From contig NW_027266269.1 in assembly GCF_022045235.1 (NCBI RefSeq), forward strand, positions 7,626,001-7,690,000: a stretch of 64,000 bases of DNA, written 5' to 3'. Positions 62,890 to 64,000 of this stretch are shown one piece after another; within the stretch, counting starts at the first letter, position 1; each line of letters opens with the position of its first letter. Both the position numbers and the translations under genes were made by a program. The notes below the pieces were generated by a model. That model did no database searches. It saw only the letters and a program-made list of their open reading frames with translations, and had not been told where the DNA came from. The DNA comes from Haliotis cracherodii (taxonomy: Eukaryota).

Positions 62890-64000
62890 AAAAGGATGAA
62901 ATTGGGAACATTGAACTGGTTAACCTTTGAGCCACAGTTATAGAAAGTCAAGAATCCTCGAATTGTCACTCGTTGTTACTGCACCAAGGCCCGTTTTTGT
63001 AGGATATATTTACAAGAGCCAGCCCCTATGTTCACAACTAGAGTTAATGAAGCATATAATATTAAACTGAGGGTCACTGTAACTCAACCGGAAGTGCCTA
63101 TAACGATTCTATTAAAGTAACTAGAGGCACGTGACATTCTCTTTTAAAGTTTTCTAGCATTTGCAGGTGTTTCCCAAACAGACAATAGTTGCATTTAAAT
63201 CTATACTGCTTTGGGCTTGTGCTTCCAGAGAGCGGAAATGCTTATAACTTAAGCATAAGATAAATATTAACTGCATAGAAATTGTCGATGTCAGATAGCT
63301 GTCATCTGATTTGGTTAAGTCAAAATGGTTCATAATACATGATTTTGATGTGAATCTTTTGGGGGTATTCAGGAAATGGTGGGGATGAGGCTGTGTCTTT
63401 TTGTACACGTAATAAAAACACCTCTTTGTGTTGGCAATATTCCCACCACAGTCAAAAAACTTTAGCCATTTCCTTGAAGCAAGCTCCAGATACAGATGCT
63501 TTCCTGCAGAGGATGTGACAACAACCTCTCTTTGCACAACAATTACATTGTCACTTACATAGTTTTAGAAAGGAAATTGAAGGAACATATATCCATTTAT
63601 ATTCATGATATTTACAAAAATAGCGCGATTTTAGTGTTTCTAAAATATATGCATGCAGTGGAACGGCAATTACGTCAAAAGATGACATCCGGCATATATT
63701 GTTTAGGGTTTCTAGTTTAGGGTTCATGTTACGTATAACTGTCGGTTAAGATCGACAGTGAGTGAGATACAATTTAACATTGCATCAGAATTATTTCACC
63801 CATATAGCTACGAGAACAAGTTTCAATAGCTATAGGGACTTTATATCATCAATACATAAAAGTTACATGTATAAGCAAACTTTCCAAACGTATTTTAGAA
63901 GATCACTATTTACAACAGTAAGAATTAAGATCAAGAGGTGGACACATACATCAGTTAAAGGTGATGACCACAGCCAACTTCATTGGACGTCTTAATATAC
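62890..64000 (+). repeat. Second copy of 48105-49196, running off the window end
   Basis: Collinear similarity up to the last bases. Confidence 0.92.

Overview
Eukaryotic, AT-rich, repeat-dense animal DNA with three assembly gaps. Gene architectures and repeat families point to a mollusc, possibly a gastropod such as abalone (inference). Manual splicing (GT-AG sites with matching intron phases) gives six multi-exon genes, all encoding predicted secreted proteins: (1) signal peptide (SP)-PAN/apple-Cys module-galectin-like fold (-, 6726-10711); (2) SP-degenerate PAN-Cys modules-C-type lectin (+, 14959-22135); (3) ~100-aa WAP-like + antistasin protein (-, ~26166-30866); (4) coiled-coil C1q-domain protein (-, 38504-40920); (5) 74-aa 8-Cys peptide with an NYCGGC motif (+, 43979-47178); (6) SP-PAN-like-basic beta-propeller (-, 49694-52838). 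Mobile DNA includes a decayed Penelope-like element with a hammerhead ribozyme, two further hammerhead-like relics, an I-group LINE with RNase H and truncated copies, several SINE families sharing its 3' tail, Tc1 remnants, Helentron-like non-autonomous elements, MITEs and satellites. Two patterns stand out: three genes share an N-terminal SP-PAN cassette joined to different C-terminal recognition domains, and in up to five introns a tandem repeat is built from the 3' splice-acceptor junction itself.
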